NCBI GenBank assembly: GCA_017397025.1
Contig: JAFQKG010000131.1
Coordinates: 1-50,703, forward strand
Source of the DNA: Erysipelotrichaceae bacterium
GTDB lineage: Bacteria; Bacillota_I; Bacilli_A; Erysipelotrichales; Erysipelotrichaceae
DNA length: 50,703 nucleotides
Direction: 5' to 3'
Every line of letters begins with the position of its first letter. The stretch's first letter is position 1. The notes beneath the pieces are model-generated. The model did no database searches and was not told the DNA's origin. It was given only the letters and a program-made list of their open reading frames with translations. Position numbers and translations under genes: made by a program. Positions 32,923 through 41,516 of the stretch are shown in pieces.

Positions 32923-33915
32923 TTACAAACCGAGTCGTTTTAAGATTCCTTTTTTTGTTGCTTCATCACAGAATGCAGCTTCCACTGCATTTTTTGTACA
33001 TTGTTTTAAAATGTCGTCACTAATTCCCAATGATTTCATCTGCAGATGTTCATTGACAATGTTTGTTCTTGAAAACATCATGTTGTCTGAATTCAAAGTC
33101 ACTTTACATCCTGCTTCCAGCATTTTGCGTACAGGATGGGCTGCATAATGACGCAGATCTCCTACATTGGAACTTACACAGACTTCCATTGGAATCTGTG
33201 AATCTGCCATCGCTTTCACCCATTCAGGACGATCTACACAATTAATGCCATGGCCAATGCGATAAGCTTTCATCTTTAATGCATCCAGCACATGAGAACC
33301 ATCTCCCATTTCACCTGCATGAATCGTATATGGAATTCCATATTCTCTAGCTTTTTCAAACAACGGTGCATACTTTATAAACTCACCAGTGTTTTCATAA
33401 CCAGCCAAATCCAACGCAACAACATATTTCCCTAAAGTTTCACGTGTTGCTTCCACTGTTTCCAGATTTTCTTTCATATTGAAAGAAGCATCGCTTCCTT
33501 TGTGCATCAAACAGTTGATCAAACGCACTGTAAGATCAGGAAAGTCTTGCTCTGCACGCACAATGCCATCCACCACAGCTAAAATTGCCTCTTTTTGAGA
33601 CAATCCTGCCAATTGATGCTGCTGAGGGGCAAAACGAATTTCTGCATAAACAAGTCCCAGCTCGTTTAAATGCTCTGCCAGATAATAAATGCTATCTGAC
33701 AAGTCTTCTTTCTCCTGCATTACAGCACACGGAAATTCAAACTTCTTCATTCGTTCTTCTCGTGTTGGATAATCATTTTTATACATCAGCGTATAATATT
33801 CTGCAAAGCTCATGGATGAATCAATCACACCTCGCTTCAAAGCTGTCTGATAAGCCCAAGGAAGATTCAGCGATCCATCTAAATGAAGGTGAAGTTCTAC
33901 CTTTGCCCAGTTCAT
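32923..33915 (-). CDS. add: Adenosine deaminase family protein (paralog 1)
   Basis: 330 aa. ELHLHLDGS, IHAGE, RIGHG and LNSDN metal/active-site motifs. Confidence 0.88.
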   Translation of the reverse strand: MNWAKVELHLHLDGSLNLPWAYQTALKRGVIDSSMSFAEYYTLMYKNDYPTREERMKKFEFPCAVMQEKEDLSDSIYYLAEHLNELGLVYAEIRFAPQQHQLAGLSQKEAILAVVDGIVRAEQDFPDLTVRLINCLMHKGSDASFNMKENLETVEATRETLGKYVVALDLAGYENTGEFIKYAPLFEKAREYGIPYTIHAGEMGDGSHVLDALKMKAYRIGHGINCVDRPEWVKAMADSQIPMEVCVSSNVGDLRHYAAHPVRKMLEAGCKVTLNSDNMMFSRTNIVNEHLQMKSLGISDDILKQCTKNAVEAAFCDEATKKGILKRLGL

Positions 33916-33916
33916 C

Positions 33917-34918
33917 TTAGTTCCACTCCTGCATCAATCGTTCTCTTAGTTTTTTCTTTGTTTCTTCATCACAGAACGCTGCATCCACTGCATTAAGTGT
34001 ACACTGTTTGAGCTGTTCTTCACTCACTCCTATACTTCTAAGCATCGCATGTTCAACATGCAGATCAGTGCGCGAAAACATCATGTTGTCTGTATTAACA
34101 GTTACTTTCACACCTGCATTTAAAAGTTCTCGAATTGGATGAAGGGCATAATTTCTTTCTTTTCCGCAATTAGAGGTCACACAAACTTCCAGAGGAATCT
34201 GTGCCTTGACAACTTCATTCAGCCACTCTGGGTTCTGTACACAGTTGACTCCATGCCCAATACGAGAAGCACCCATCTCTATTGCTTCAACGACATGCAC
34301 GCCCATCCCCATTTCTCCTGCATGGATGGTATATGGAATGCCATACTCCCTAGCCTTTTCGAACAATGGTGCATACAATTTAAAATCACCATTGTTTTCA
34401 TAGCCTGCCAAATCCAAAGCACATACTCCTTTTCCAAGGAATTCTTTTGTCACTTCAATGGTTTCAAAATTTTCTTTCATGTTGACAAGGGCATTTTCAC
34501 CCTTATGCATCATGCAGCAAATCAACTGAGCCGCCATCAAAGGATACGCTTCTTTAGCACGATTCAGTCCAGAAACAGCAGCTTCAACCACTTCATATTG
34601 AGTGAGTCCGCATTTCATGTGCTGCTGAGGAGCAAAACGAATCTCTGCATAAATCATCCCTTTGTCATTCAGCTCTCTTACTAAATCAAACACTGTCTGG
34701 GCAATATCTTCTTTATGCTGCATGACATCAATTGGACGATCAAACATTTTGAACGCCTCTTCCATTGTTTTGTATGCAGTGCAGTAAATCTGCTGATAAT
34801 ATTCCTCAAATGTCATTTCATTTTTAATGACACCACGCTTTTTGGACATTTCATACATCCAGTAAACATTTAACGAACCATCCAAATGAAGATGGAGATC
34901 AATTTTTGCAGTTTTCAT
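33917..34918 (-). CDS. add: Adenosine deaminase family protein (paralog 2)
   Basis: 333 aa. DLHLHLDGS, IHAGE, RIGHG and VNTDN motifs. The stop lies 1 nt before the paralog 1 start. Confidence 0.88.
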   Translation of the reverse strand: MKTAKIDLHLHLDGSLNVYWMYEMSKKRGVIKNEMTFEEYYQQIYCTAYKTMEEAFKMFDRPIDVMQHKEDIAQTVFDLVRELNDKGMIYAEIRFAPQQHMKCGLTQYEVVEAAVSGLNRAKEAYPLMAAQLICCMMHKGENALVNMKENFETIEVTKEFLGKGVCALDLAGYENNGDFKLYAPLFEKAREYGIPYTIHAGEMGMGVHVVEAIEMGASRIGHGVNCVQNPEWLNEVVKAQIPLEVCVTSNCGKERNYALHPIRELLNAGVKVTVNTDNMMFSRTDLHVEHAMLRSIGVSEEQLKQCTLNAVDAAFCDEETKKKLRERLMQEWN

Positions 34919-34971
34919 TCTTCACTCCTCCAATATGTCTGTATCATATCTTTTTTTTACTTCATTCTCAA

Positions 34972-35001
34972 TAGAAAAACGATGTTAAATCTCAACATCG
35001 T
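34972..35001 (-). terminator. Rho-independent terminator of the barnase-barstar cassette
   Basis: ACGATGTT / AACATCGT 8-bp stem with a 7-nt loop, followed by UUUUUCU. The stem includes the last barstar codons and the stop. Confidence 0.65.
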
Positions 35002-35278
35002 CTTCAGTCATTTCTTCAAGAATCAAATCAAACCCAGGATTTTCTTCCGCAGCTTCAGCCAGTGTCGTTAATATCAAATGTCCATAGTTTCCTAAATGCT
35101 CAACCATCACATCCCAGTACATCACATGAAGCGTCAGTGAAGAAAGTGTACTTGCACAATCATAGAGTGCATCCAGATTCATTCCATAATAATCAGGGAA
35201 TGAAAGCAGTTCCTTCAGCAGCAGGTGTGTCTGCGTACGCTCTACGCACAATCTTCCATCCAGAATCAATTCCATCAT
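34985..35278 (-). CDS. Barstar-like ribonuclease inhibitor
   Basis: 97 aa. FPDYYGMNLDALYDC matches the barstar PEYYGENLDALWDC inhibitory helix. The ATG overlaps the barnase stop (ATGA). Confidence 0.85.
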   Translation of the reverse strand: MMELILDGRLCVERTQTHLLLKELLSFPDYYGMNLDALYDCASTLSSLTLHVMYWDVMVEHLGNYGHLILTTLAEAAEENPGFDLILEEMTEDDVEI

Positions 35279-35733
35279 TTGTCACCCACAATCTCTTCAA
35301 AACTTTCATAATGGTCATCTGTATAATAGATCAGACCATCATTGGAATATACAATGCGCTTTTCATTGCGATAGCCACCCTCATAATCAATATCACATTC
35401 ATAGTACTGTCTTCCCTTTTCTTTTGGAAGCAGTCCTTCACGATTACCAAACTTGTCTCCGCCAATTGACATGCCTTCAGCTACATTCCAAAGATTTCCT
35501 TCATCTGGATTCCAACCTAAATCATAGGCTTCATTTTTGGTTAAGTAATTCTCTGGAAGACATTCAAATTCCATCAGATAGGCTACAACTTCATCTTTGG
35601 AAGAATACCAGCCATCCTGTTCTACAATCATTTCATCTGTGACTGTGTTTCCTGAATCATCCACCTCTGTACAGCCAGTAAAAATCCCTAGAAACAAAAT
35701 TGCACTTAAAAGCCATTTCATCCATTTTTTCAT
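35275..35733 (-). CDS. Barnase-family guanyl-specific ribonuclease, predicted lipoprotein
   Basis: LPENYLTKNEAYDLGW...SIGGDKFGNREGLLP...YYECDIDY..GYRNEKRIVYSNDGLIYYTDDHYESFEEI aligns by eye with barnase and conserves Glu73, Arg83, Arg87 and His102. Signal peptide MKKWMKWLLSAILFLGIFTGC has a lipobox. The start is ambiguous (35733, 35739 or 35742). Confidence 0.88.
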   Translation of the reverse strand: MKKWMKWLLSAILFLGIFTGCTEVDDSGNTVTDEMIVEQDGWYSSKDEVVAYLMEFECLPENYLTKNEAYDLGWNPDEGNLWNVAEGMSIGGDKFGNREGLLPKEKGRQYYECDIDYEGGYRNEKRIVYSNDGLIYYTDDHYESFEEIVGDK

Positions 35734-35750
35734 GTTCATCACCTGTTTTT

Positions 35751-35779
35751 ATGATACGTTGTTTTCTATTTCACTGCAA
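35751..35779 (-). promoter_or_regulatory. Putative sigma-A promoter of barnase-barstar
   Basis: Minus strand reads TTGCAG (35774-35779), 17 nt, TATCAT (35751-35756). Confidence 0.5.
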
Positions 35780-35788
35780 GATGACGCG

Positions 35789-35815
35789 AGAAAAAAGGCA
35801 ATCCTGAGATTGCCT
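35789..35815 (-). terminator. Rho-independent terminator of the membrane-protein/esterase pair
   Basis: AGGCAATC-ctga-GATTGCCT perfect 8-bp stem followed by U6. Overlaps the TAG stop. Confidence 0.7.
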
Positions 35816-36779
35816 AAAGTCCTAATTTCTTTAATTCTTCGATCAAATGTTTTGCAATGATCTGATGTCCATCACGATGAGGATGCAAAGGTTCAAAAGG
35901 AACCCAGCCTTCTGTCAAAATAAGATAAGCAGTCTTCCCATATTTGATTTCAAAGCGTTTTTTAATGATTTTCATTTCTTCCGTAAACACACCACAAAAT
36001 GGCTGAAGCAAAATCAGCATGGACTGTGGATGTAACCTCATAATAACATCAAGCAGTTCAAGATAGCATTCAACAAAGTGTTCTCCAGTATCAAACATAT
36101 CATTCGCTCCATGATTAATCAAAATATAATCTGGTGAATCATATTCAACTTTTACGCCATCAAAACAATACGGATAGGACAATGCAGCTCTAGGAACACT
36201 CCCCTGACCAGAACGTGTCACTCCCACTGCACCATAGCCCATGTAAAGCGGCTCAAGATTCAACGCCTCTGCACTCAGCCAGGCATAACCTGCCATCACA
36301 TCATCTTCATAGGGTCTGCCATGATATTTTGTTCCATTGGAAGTCTCTTCATCAATCAACACTCCCTCAGTAATGGAATCTCCCACAAATTCAATTGTTT
36401 TTCTGCGTATTTCTGGAAGCACTCCTGGAAGTGCGTCTACCCCAATCAGCTCAACACATCCACACAGTGGCTGATACCAGCGATGAGCTTTCTCAATCGC
36501 ACTTTTAAACACAATCTTTGCGATATGATTTCCTGTTGTCTTTGTCTGGATGCGCAGATGTTTTTCAATTGGCACTTCTATCCATGCCCCATCATCTACA
36601 CTGATCCAAAGATGTGGATAAGGCGGAATCAGCCATAGAGTTTCAAAATGCAAGATAACCATTGTGCCTTCAAAAGCAAGATAAAAATGAGATCCCGGAG
36701 CTGTCGTAACAGCTTTATCATCTGTTACTTGCCATCTGCCTACAAAACGCAAACTCTGATTAGTGCATCGAATCATCAT
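35814..36779 (-). CDS. SGNH/GDSL hydrolase with an N-terminal beta-sandwich domain (CE2-like acetylesterase), no signal peptide
   Basis: FVGDSITEG (block I Ser), NHGANDM (block III) and LHPHRDGH (block V His), preceded by a non-catalytic domain of about 130 aa. The ATG at 36779 (RBS GAGAGGG) overlaps the upstream gene by 20 nt. Confidence 0.75.
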   Translation of the reverse strand: MMIRCTNQSLRFVGRWQVTDDKAVTTAPGSHFYLAFEGTMVILHFETLWLIPPYPHLWISVDDGAWIEVPIEKHLRIQTKTTGNHIAKIVFKSAIEKAHRWYQPLCGCVELIGVDALPGVLPEIRRKTIEFVGDSITEGVLIDEETSNGTKYHGRPYEDDVMAGYAWLSAEALNLEPLYMGYGAVGVTRSGQGSVPRAALSYPYCFDGVKVEYDSPDYILINHGANDMFDTGEHFVECYLELLDVIMRLHPQSMLILLQPFCGVFTEEMKIIKKRFEIKYGKTAYLILTEGWVPFEPLHPHRDGHQIIAKHLIEELKKLGL

Positions 36780-38049
36780 CAACCCTCTCTTCTGTAATCG
36801 CAACTGTTTCTATCAGTGTTTCTTTTACACCATCCAGTTCATAGATATGGATCCGGTAATCATACACTTCATAATCTATTCGATATCGTGCTGTCGATGT
36901 GTCCCACATCTGCTGATTTGTTATTTTATCCAAACTCTTCTGTGCGCTTGACTCATCATAAATGTACACACAATCAGCTCCAGTATAAGACAAATCTTCA
37001 ATAGCATATTCTCGGATTCCAAGATCACGAATGTTGTCTAAACTCATCTGTTCAGACGGTAAAACCACATTGATCCAAGTGTTGTACTCTCTCCATGCAT
37101 ATTCCGCTTCATAGTCAAAAGATGGAACATGATAATCAAAAGTATAAAACCAAGCTGAAACAGCTTTGATCAGTTCAGGTTCTCCCTCAACATAAATGGA
37201 TGTATAGTATCCTGGGCGAACAACACCAGACCACGCAGTATCGATTACATTGTCCTGCTCATCATATAAGTGCAGTTCAAGCTCCACATATGTTTCTCCC
37301 TCATTGAACACATACAATAAAACATCTTCTCTATCTTTCACAATTTCATAGCTGATATTCTCAACTGATCCCTTAGATGTTGATGTTAAATAATCATAAA
37401 AATAAATCATTTCATCCTGCATGACAGGTTCTGGAACCATTGTTCCATTGAACATAAAAATACCAGCTGCAGTGATAGTCATTACTGCTATAGCAATAAT
37501 CAGCACGACCTTTCTTTTAGAAGGCTGCACTGCTACGATTCGTTCCTTTTCAAGAGGAATTTCATACAATGGATCATACCAGTGTAAAATATAGCTTTTT
37601 TCACTTTCTTTATTTTTTAAATCAAATTTAAATGGTTTGTCTTGAAGCGTGGTTAAAAACTCAAGCCCATGTTCATATTCGTGAATGGATTGAATTGAAT
37701 GACGATGCAGAATGCATTGTGCACCGATGGTATTGTTGATGATCCACTCTTCACAAACACCCACATGAGAATTGATAACCTCAATTTCTTCATTATACAA
37801 GATGGAGCTCAGTCCATAAGCTTCTTCCTGCTGCTTCATCATTTGCTTAGCTTTTGATATCTGAAAAGACAAAACAAGAAAAACAGGCAAAAGGACAATC
37901 AAGGACAGCATCATGACTGCAGCAAACGCAATCAAAGGTTCACTATCAAACATCGCAGTCAGTGATGCAGCCAGCAGAAATAATCCAAGCAAACATAGAC
38001 TTATTTTTTTACTTTTTGAACTGACAAACTTGATCATTCTTTTATCCAC
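36760..38049 (-). CDS. Hypothetical 3-TM membrane protein, no recognisable family
   Basis: About 425 aa. Two N-terminal TM helices, a soluble segment of about 110 aa, a third TM (VVLIIAIAVMTITAAGIFMF), and an acidic, Tyr-rich C-terminal domain of about 230 aa. The start is ambiguous (GTG 38049 or ATG 38037). Confidence 0.6.
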   Translation of the reverse strand: MDKRMIKFVSSKSKKISLCLLGLFLLAASLTAMFDSEPLIAFAAVMMLSLIVLLPVFLVLSFQISKAKQMMKQQEEAYGLSSILYNEEIEVINSHVGVCEEWIINNTIGAQCILHRHSIQSIHEYEHGLEFLTTLQDKPFKFDLKNKESEKSYILHWYDPLYEIPLEKERIVAVQPSKRKVVLIIAIAVMTITAAGIFMFNGTMVPEPVMQDEMIYFYDYLTSTSKGSVENISYEIVKDREDVLLYVFNEGETYVELELHLYDEQDNVIDTAWSGVVRPGYYTSIYVEGEPELIKAVSAWFYTFDYHVPSFDYEAEYAWREYNTWINVVLPSEQMSLDNIRDLGIREYAIEDLSYTGADCVYIYDESSAQKSLDKITNQQMWDTSTARYRIDYEVYDYRIHIYELDGVKETLIETVAITEERVDDDSMH

Positions 38050-38062
38050 TCCCGTTTTTAAT

Positions 38063-38788
38063 CTACTGAACTTTTTTCAAAATCTGATTCATCGCCCATG
38101 ATGCGCAAGCTAGCCCAGAAGCTGCCGGCACAAACACCATGGATGCTGGAGGAATTCGATCTTTACGAGTCGTTCCATCCGGATTTACTATTGTATTTTG
38201 TTTAATTGGTGTTTCACTGGAGAATACCACTCGTATTTTCCGTGTGTAGTTTCTTTTTTTTGCCAGTTGACGAAGTGCCTTTGCCAAAGGATCACCAGAG
38301 GTTTTATCCAAAGTTGTCACCTCAACTTTGGTTGGATCAAGACGATTTGCCATCCCCAAAGAACTGATACAAGGTATTTTTCTATATGCGCATGCTTGAA
38401 TCAAATCCATTTTGGCACTCAGCGTATCAATGGCATCAATCACAACATCAATCTTCTGATCAAGTATCGAAACACATTCACGATCAAAAAAAGTTTCTAT
38501 CAAGTCCACTTGACATTCCGGATAATAAGAAAGAATTCTTTCTTTCATGGCATGAGTTTTGCTTTTTCCCAGATTTTCAACAGTTGCCTGCATTTGACGA
38601 TTCAAATTGCTTGGTTCCACCACATCTTTGTCCACCAAAATCAGATGTCCCACACGACTTCTGGCAAGAGCTTCTGCAGCATAGGATCCGACTCCTCCAA
38701 CCCCAACAATCATGACTGTGCTGTTTTGAAGGGCTTCAAGTCCTTCTTTTTTTATCAGCAATTCAATTCTTTGAGACGCTTCACTCAT
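38063..38788 (-). CDS. tcdA: tRNA threonylcarbamoyladenosine dehydratase (ThiF/E1-like)
   Basis: 241 aa. VMIVGVGGVGSYAAEALARSRVG nucleotide-binding fold and VDKDVVEPSNLNRQ. Confidence 0.85.
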   Translation of the reverse strand: MSEASQRIELLIKKEGLEALQNSTVMIVGVGGVGSYAAEALARSRVGHLILVDKDVVEPSNLNRQMQATVENLGKSKTHAMKERILSYYPECQVDLIETFFDRECVSILDQKIDVVIDAIDTLSAKMDLIQACAYRKIPCISSLGMANRLDPTKVEVTTLDKTSGDPLAKALRQLAKKRNYTRKIRVVFSSETPIKQNTIVNPDGTTRKDRIPPASMVFVPAASGLACASWAMNQILKKVQ

Positions 38789-39686
38789 GCAGCCACTCCT
38801 TTACTTTTTGAATCAATTGTTCTTTCCATCCATCTTCAAACACATCAAACCACACAACAGGAAACTGATTGTTGAACCAAGTGTACTGTCGCTTCGCAAA
38901 CTGTCTAGAATGAATTTGTATCGCTTCAATGACTTCTTCTTCTGTCATTGTTCCTTCAAAATAGCCTTTCCATTCCTTGTACCCAATGCCTTGCATGCTT
39001 TGATCTTCAAAAGAAATTCCTTGAGATAAAAGGTGTTCTATTTCTTGTTTCAAGCCATTTTTCTGCATTTTTCTAACACGCTGATTGATTCTTTCATACA
39101 GCAGCGCACGATCACAGGTCAATCCAAGAATCAGTGTGTCATAAATCATTTCTTTCTTCTGAGCTTCAATGCTTTCAGTCTTTGTTTTGCCAGTTGAAGC
39201 TATTGCACAGGCACGAATCAGACGTTTGCGATTGTTAGGGTGAATCGTTTCCAGTGACTTTTCATCTTTTTCTTTCAAATAGCTAACCAATTCTTCATTT
39301 GTCATCTTTTCATAAAGAGTTAAATCCAATTCTTTTGAATCAGTCTCAAATTCATAGTCATAGAAGCAGGCTTTCAAATAAAGACCTGTTCCTCCGCAAA
39401 GCACCGGAAGCTTTCCCCGTGCAGAAACGGCATCAATTGCTTCTCTTGCCTGTTTTTGAAACAGCGCAACGCTGTAATTCTCTTTTGGGTCCAGAACATC
39501 CAGATTGTGATGAATGATTCCTTTCATTTCTTCTTCAGTAATCTTTCCCGATCCAATATCAAATCCCCGATACACCTGAATTGAATCTCCGCTGATGACT
39601 TCCCCATTCAGTAAAATAGATAAATCAACTGCCAGATCACTTTTCCCTACTGCCGTTGGGCCTGTAATAACCAATACTTTCTTCAT
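38781..39686 (-). CDS. miaA: tRNA dimethylallyltransferase
   Basis: 301 aa. P-loop ITGPTAVGKS, and the DSIQVYRGFDIGSGK motif. The start overlaps the mutL stop (ATGA). Confidence 0.93.
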   Translation of the reverse strand: MKKVLVITGPTAVGKSDLAVDLSILLNGEVISGDSIQVYRGFDIGSGKITEEEMKGIIHHNLDVLDPKENYSVALFQKQAREAIDAVSARGKLPVLCGGTGLYLKACFYDYEFETDSKELDLTLYEKMTNEELVSYLKEKDEKSLETIHPNNRKRLIRACAIASTGKTKTESIEAQKKEMIYDTLILGLTCDRALLYERINQRVRKMQKNGLKQEIEHLLSQGISFEDQSMQGIGYKEWKGYFEGTMTEEEVIEAIQIHSRQFAKRQYTWFNNQFPVVWFDVFEDGWKEQLIQKVKEWLHE

Positions 39687-41470
39687 CGCTTAAAGTCCTT
39701 AATCAACTGATTCTGACTGATCAAAATAAACGTTGGACGCCCGTGAGGGCAATGGTAAGGCTGATCACATTTCTTCAATGAATTCACAACCTCCTGCATT
39801 TCCTCGTAAGACAGCACACGATTAAAACGGATGGAATGATGACACGCCATCGTTGCAATTCGATCTTTATTTAAATCTGTCGGGTTCAGACTCTTTTCAC
39901 TGTCAAACAAATCAATCAAATCCTGAAGAAATGCCGTTTCATCCACTTTCTGCATCCATAATGGAATACTTCTTGCAAGAAGTGTTGTCTGTCCAAACGA
40001 TTCCATCTGTAATGGGAATATTTTCAGCAATTCATTCAGTTCATCCAGACGATGCATGACATTTGCACTTGCCTGCACCATCACAGGTACAAGCATATCT
40101 ATCATGGTTTCTTCCTGCTCATCAAACTGTTTTCTAAACTTTTCATAATTGACTCTTTCTTGAGCAGCGTGCTGATCAATGATGTACAAGCCCTCTTCTG
40201 ATTCTGCTAGAATGTACTTTCCATGCAGCTGAGCTAATGGATTCATCACCGGAAATGCCTTCTTTTCTGTTGAAAATGGGTGTGCTGATTCTTCAACAGA
40301 AAGTATTTCTTTCTGCATTTCTGGATGCTCATCCAGCACAAAAGCTGACTGAGCATAAATCTTTTCTGTTGTCTGAAACACTTCTGATGACATAGGCGAA
40401 TGAACTAATGTTTTTTCTGACTCGCTCTTTTGAACATGCTGATAAGAATTTTCTGGTTTTTTCACAGCAGTTACTTGTGGAGAAGCAAACTGTGCCTTTA
40501 GACAGTTTCTGACAACATCCTGAATCAGATACTCCAGCTGCTGCTGTTTTGAAAGACGAATTTCCCACTTGCTAGGATGCACGTTCACATCTACAAGCCG
40601 TTCATCCATTGTAATATTTAAAACAACAATTGGATAACGTTCATTGAACAGATACGAACGATATCCTTCAAGAACTGCCTTTGGCAGCCGATAGGATTTG
40701 ACCATACGTCCATTGATAAACAAATGAATGTAATTCTTATTCGCACGAGTCAAATGAGGCAAAGAAGCCAATCCAGTGATACGATAATCAAAGTCTTCCC
40801 CTTTGACTTCAAACGTATTTTTTAGACAATCCCTTCCATACACCTGAACCATCACTTCTTTTAGTGATCCCATACCACTGGTCTTTAGCACTTCTTTGCA
40901 GTCTATCACTAAATGAAAAGCAATTTCAGGGTGAGAAAGGGCAAACTTCTGAACATTGTCCTGTATAACCGCAGCTTCATAGTGAGAGGATTTCAAATGT
41001 TTAAGACGCGCTGGTGTACGTTGAAACAACCCTTCGACAACAATGGTTGTACCCTTGGAAGAAGGACAGTCTGTCACATCCATCATTTCTCCATATTCCA
41101 CTTTAACCTGTGTGCTTTCATGACCATCACACGTCAAAAGCGTTGTCTTAGAAACAGAGGCAATTGACGGCAGAGCTTCTCCTCTAAATCCAAGCGTAGA
41201 AATCGCCCACAAATCATCTGTTGTACGAATCTTGCTGGTAGCATGACGAGAAAATGCTTTTTGTGCATCTTCACGATCCATGCCATCTCCATTATCAATA
41301 ATTTCAATTCGTGAAATTCCACCTTCCAAACAGTGGATTTCAATTCTTGTCGCATGTGCATCAATTGCATTTTCAATCAGCTCTTTTACAATTCCACCAG
41401 GTCTTTCAACAACTTCACCTGCTGCAATCATATTGGACAGCTGCGTATCCATCTGATAGATTTTTGACAC
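39683..41470 (-). CDS. mutL: DNA mismatch repair endonuclease MutL
   Basis: NMIAAGEVVERP and DNGDGM (GHKL ATPase). DQHAAQERVNYE endonuclease motif and CPHGRP. I chose the GTG start at 41470 (GGAAGGAG upstream). The ORF-track ATG lies inside the malQ terminator. Confidence 0.93.
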   Translation of the reverse strand: MSKIYQMDTQLSNMIAAGEVVERPGGIVKELIENAIDAHATRIEIHCLEGGISRIEIIDNGDGMDREDAQKAFSRHATSKIRTTDDLWAISTLGFRGEALPSIASVSKTTLLTCDGHESTQVKVEYGEMMDVTDCPSSKGTTIVVEGLFQRTPARLKHLKSSHYEAAVIQDNVQKFALSHPEIAFHLVIDCKEVLKTSGMGSLKEVMVQVYGRDCLKNTFEVKGEDFDYRITGLASLPHLTRANKNYIHLFINGRMVKSYRLPKAVLEGYRSYLFNERYPIVVLNITMDERLVDVNVHPSKWEIRLSKQQQLEYLIQDVVRNCLKAQFASPQVTAVKKPENSYQHVQKSESEKTLVHSPMSSEVFQTTEKIYAQSAFVLDEHPEMQKEILSVEESAHPFSTEKKAFPVMNPLAQLHGKYILAESEEGLYIIDQHAAQERVNYEKFRKQFDEQEETMIDMLVPVMVQASANVMHRLDELNELLKIFPLQMESFGQTTLLARSIPLWMQKVDETAFLQDLIDLFDSEKSLNPTDLNKDRIATMACHHSIRFNRVLSYEEMQEVVNSLKKCDQPYHCPHGRPTFILISQNQLIKDFKR

Positions 41471-41493
41471 TTTGTTCACTCCTTCCACAAAGC

Positions 41494-41516
41494 AAAAAGC
41501 CTGCAACACTGCAGGC
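41494..41516 (-). terminator. Rho-independent terminator of malQ
   Basis: GCCTGCA-gtgt-TGCAGGC followed by UUUUU. Overlaps the malQ stop. Confidence 0.7.

Noticed and set aside
38789-38800. Searched for hfq after miaA, and for any tRNA, rRNA, CRISPR repeat array, IS inverted repeats or integrase across the window.
   Set aside because: miaA overlaps tcdA directly. No spacer longer than about 215 nt exists, and each long spacer is accounted for by promoters, leaders or terminators. No periodic direct repeats or transposase-like ORFs were seen.
38198-38875. A 225-aa plus-strand ORF antisense to tcdA/miaA, with similar ones at 34139-34684 (antisense to add) and 45596-46126 (antisense to DUF2156).
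   Set aside because: Each overlaps a well-supported minus-strand gene in full. The translations look like noise and there are no start signals.
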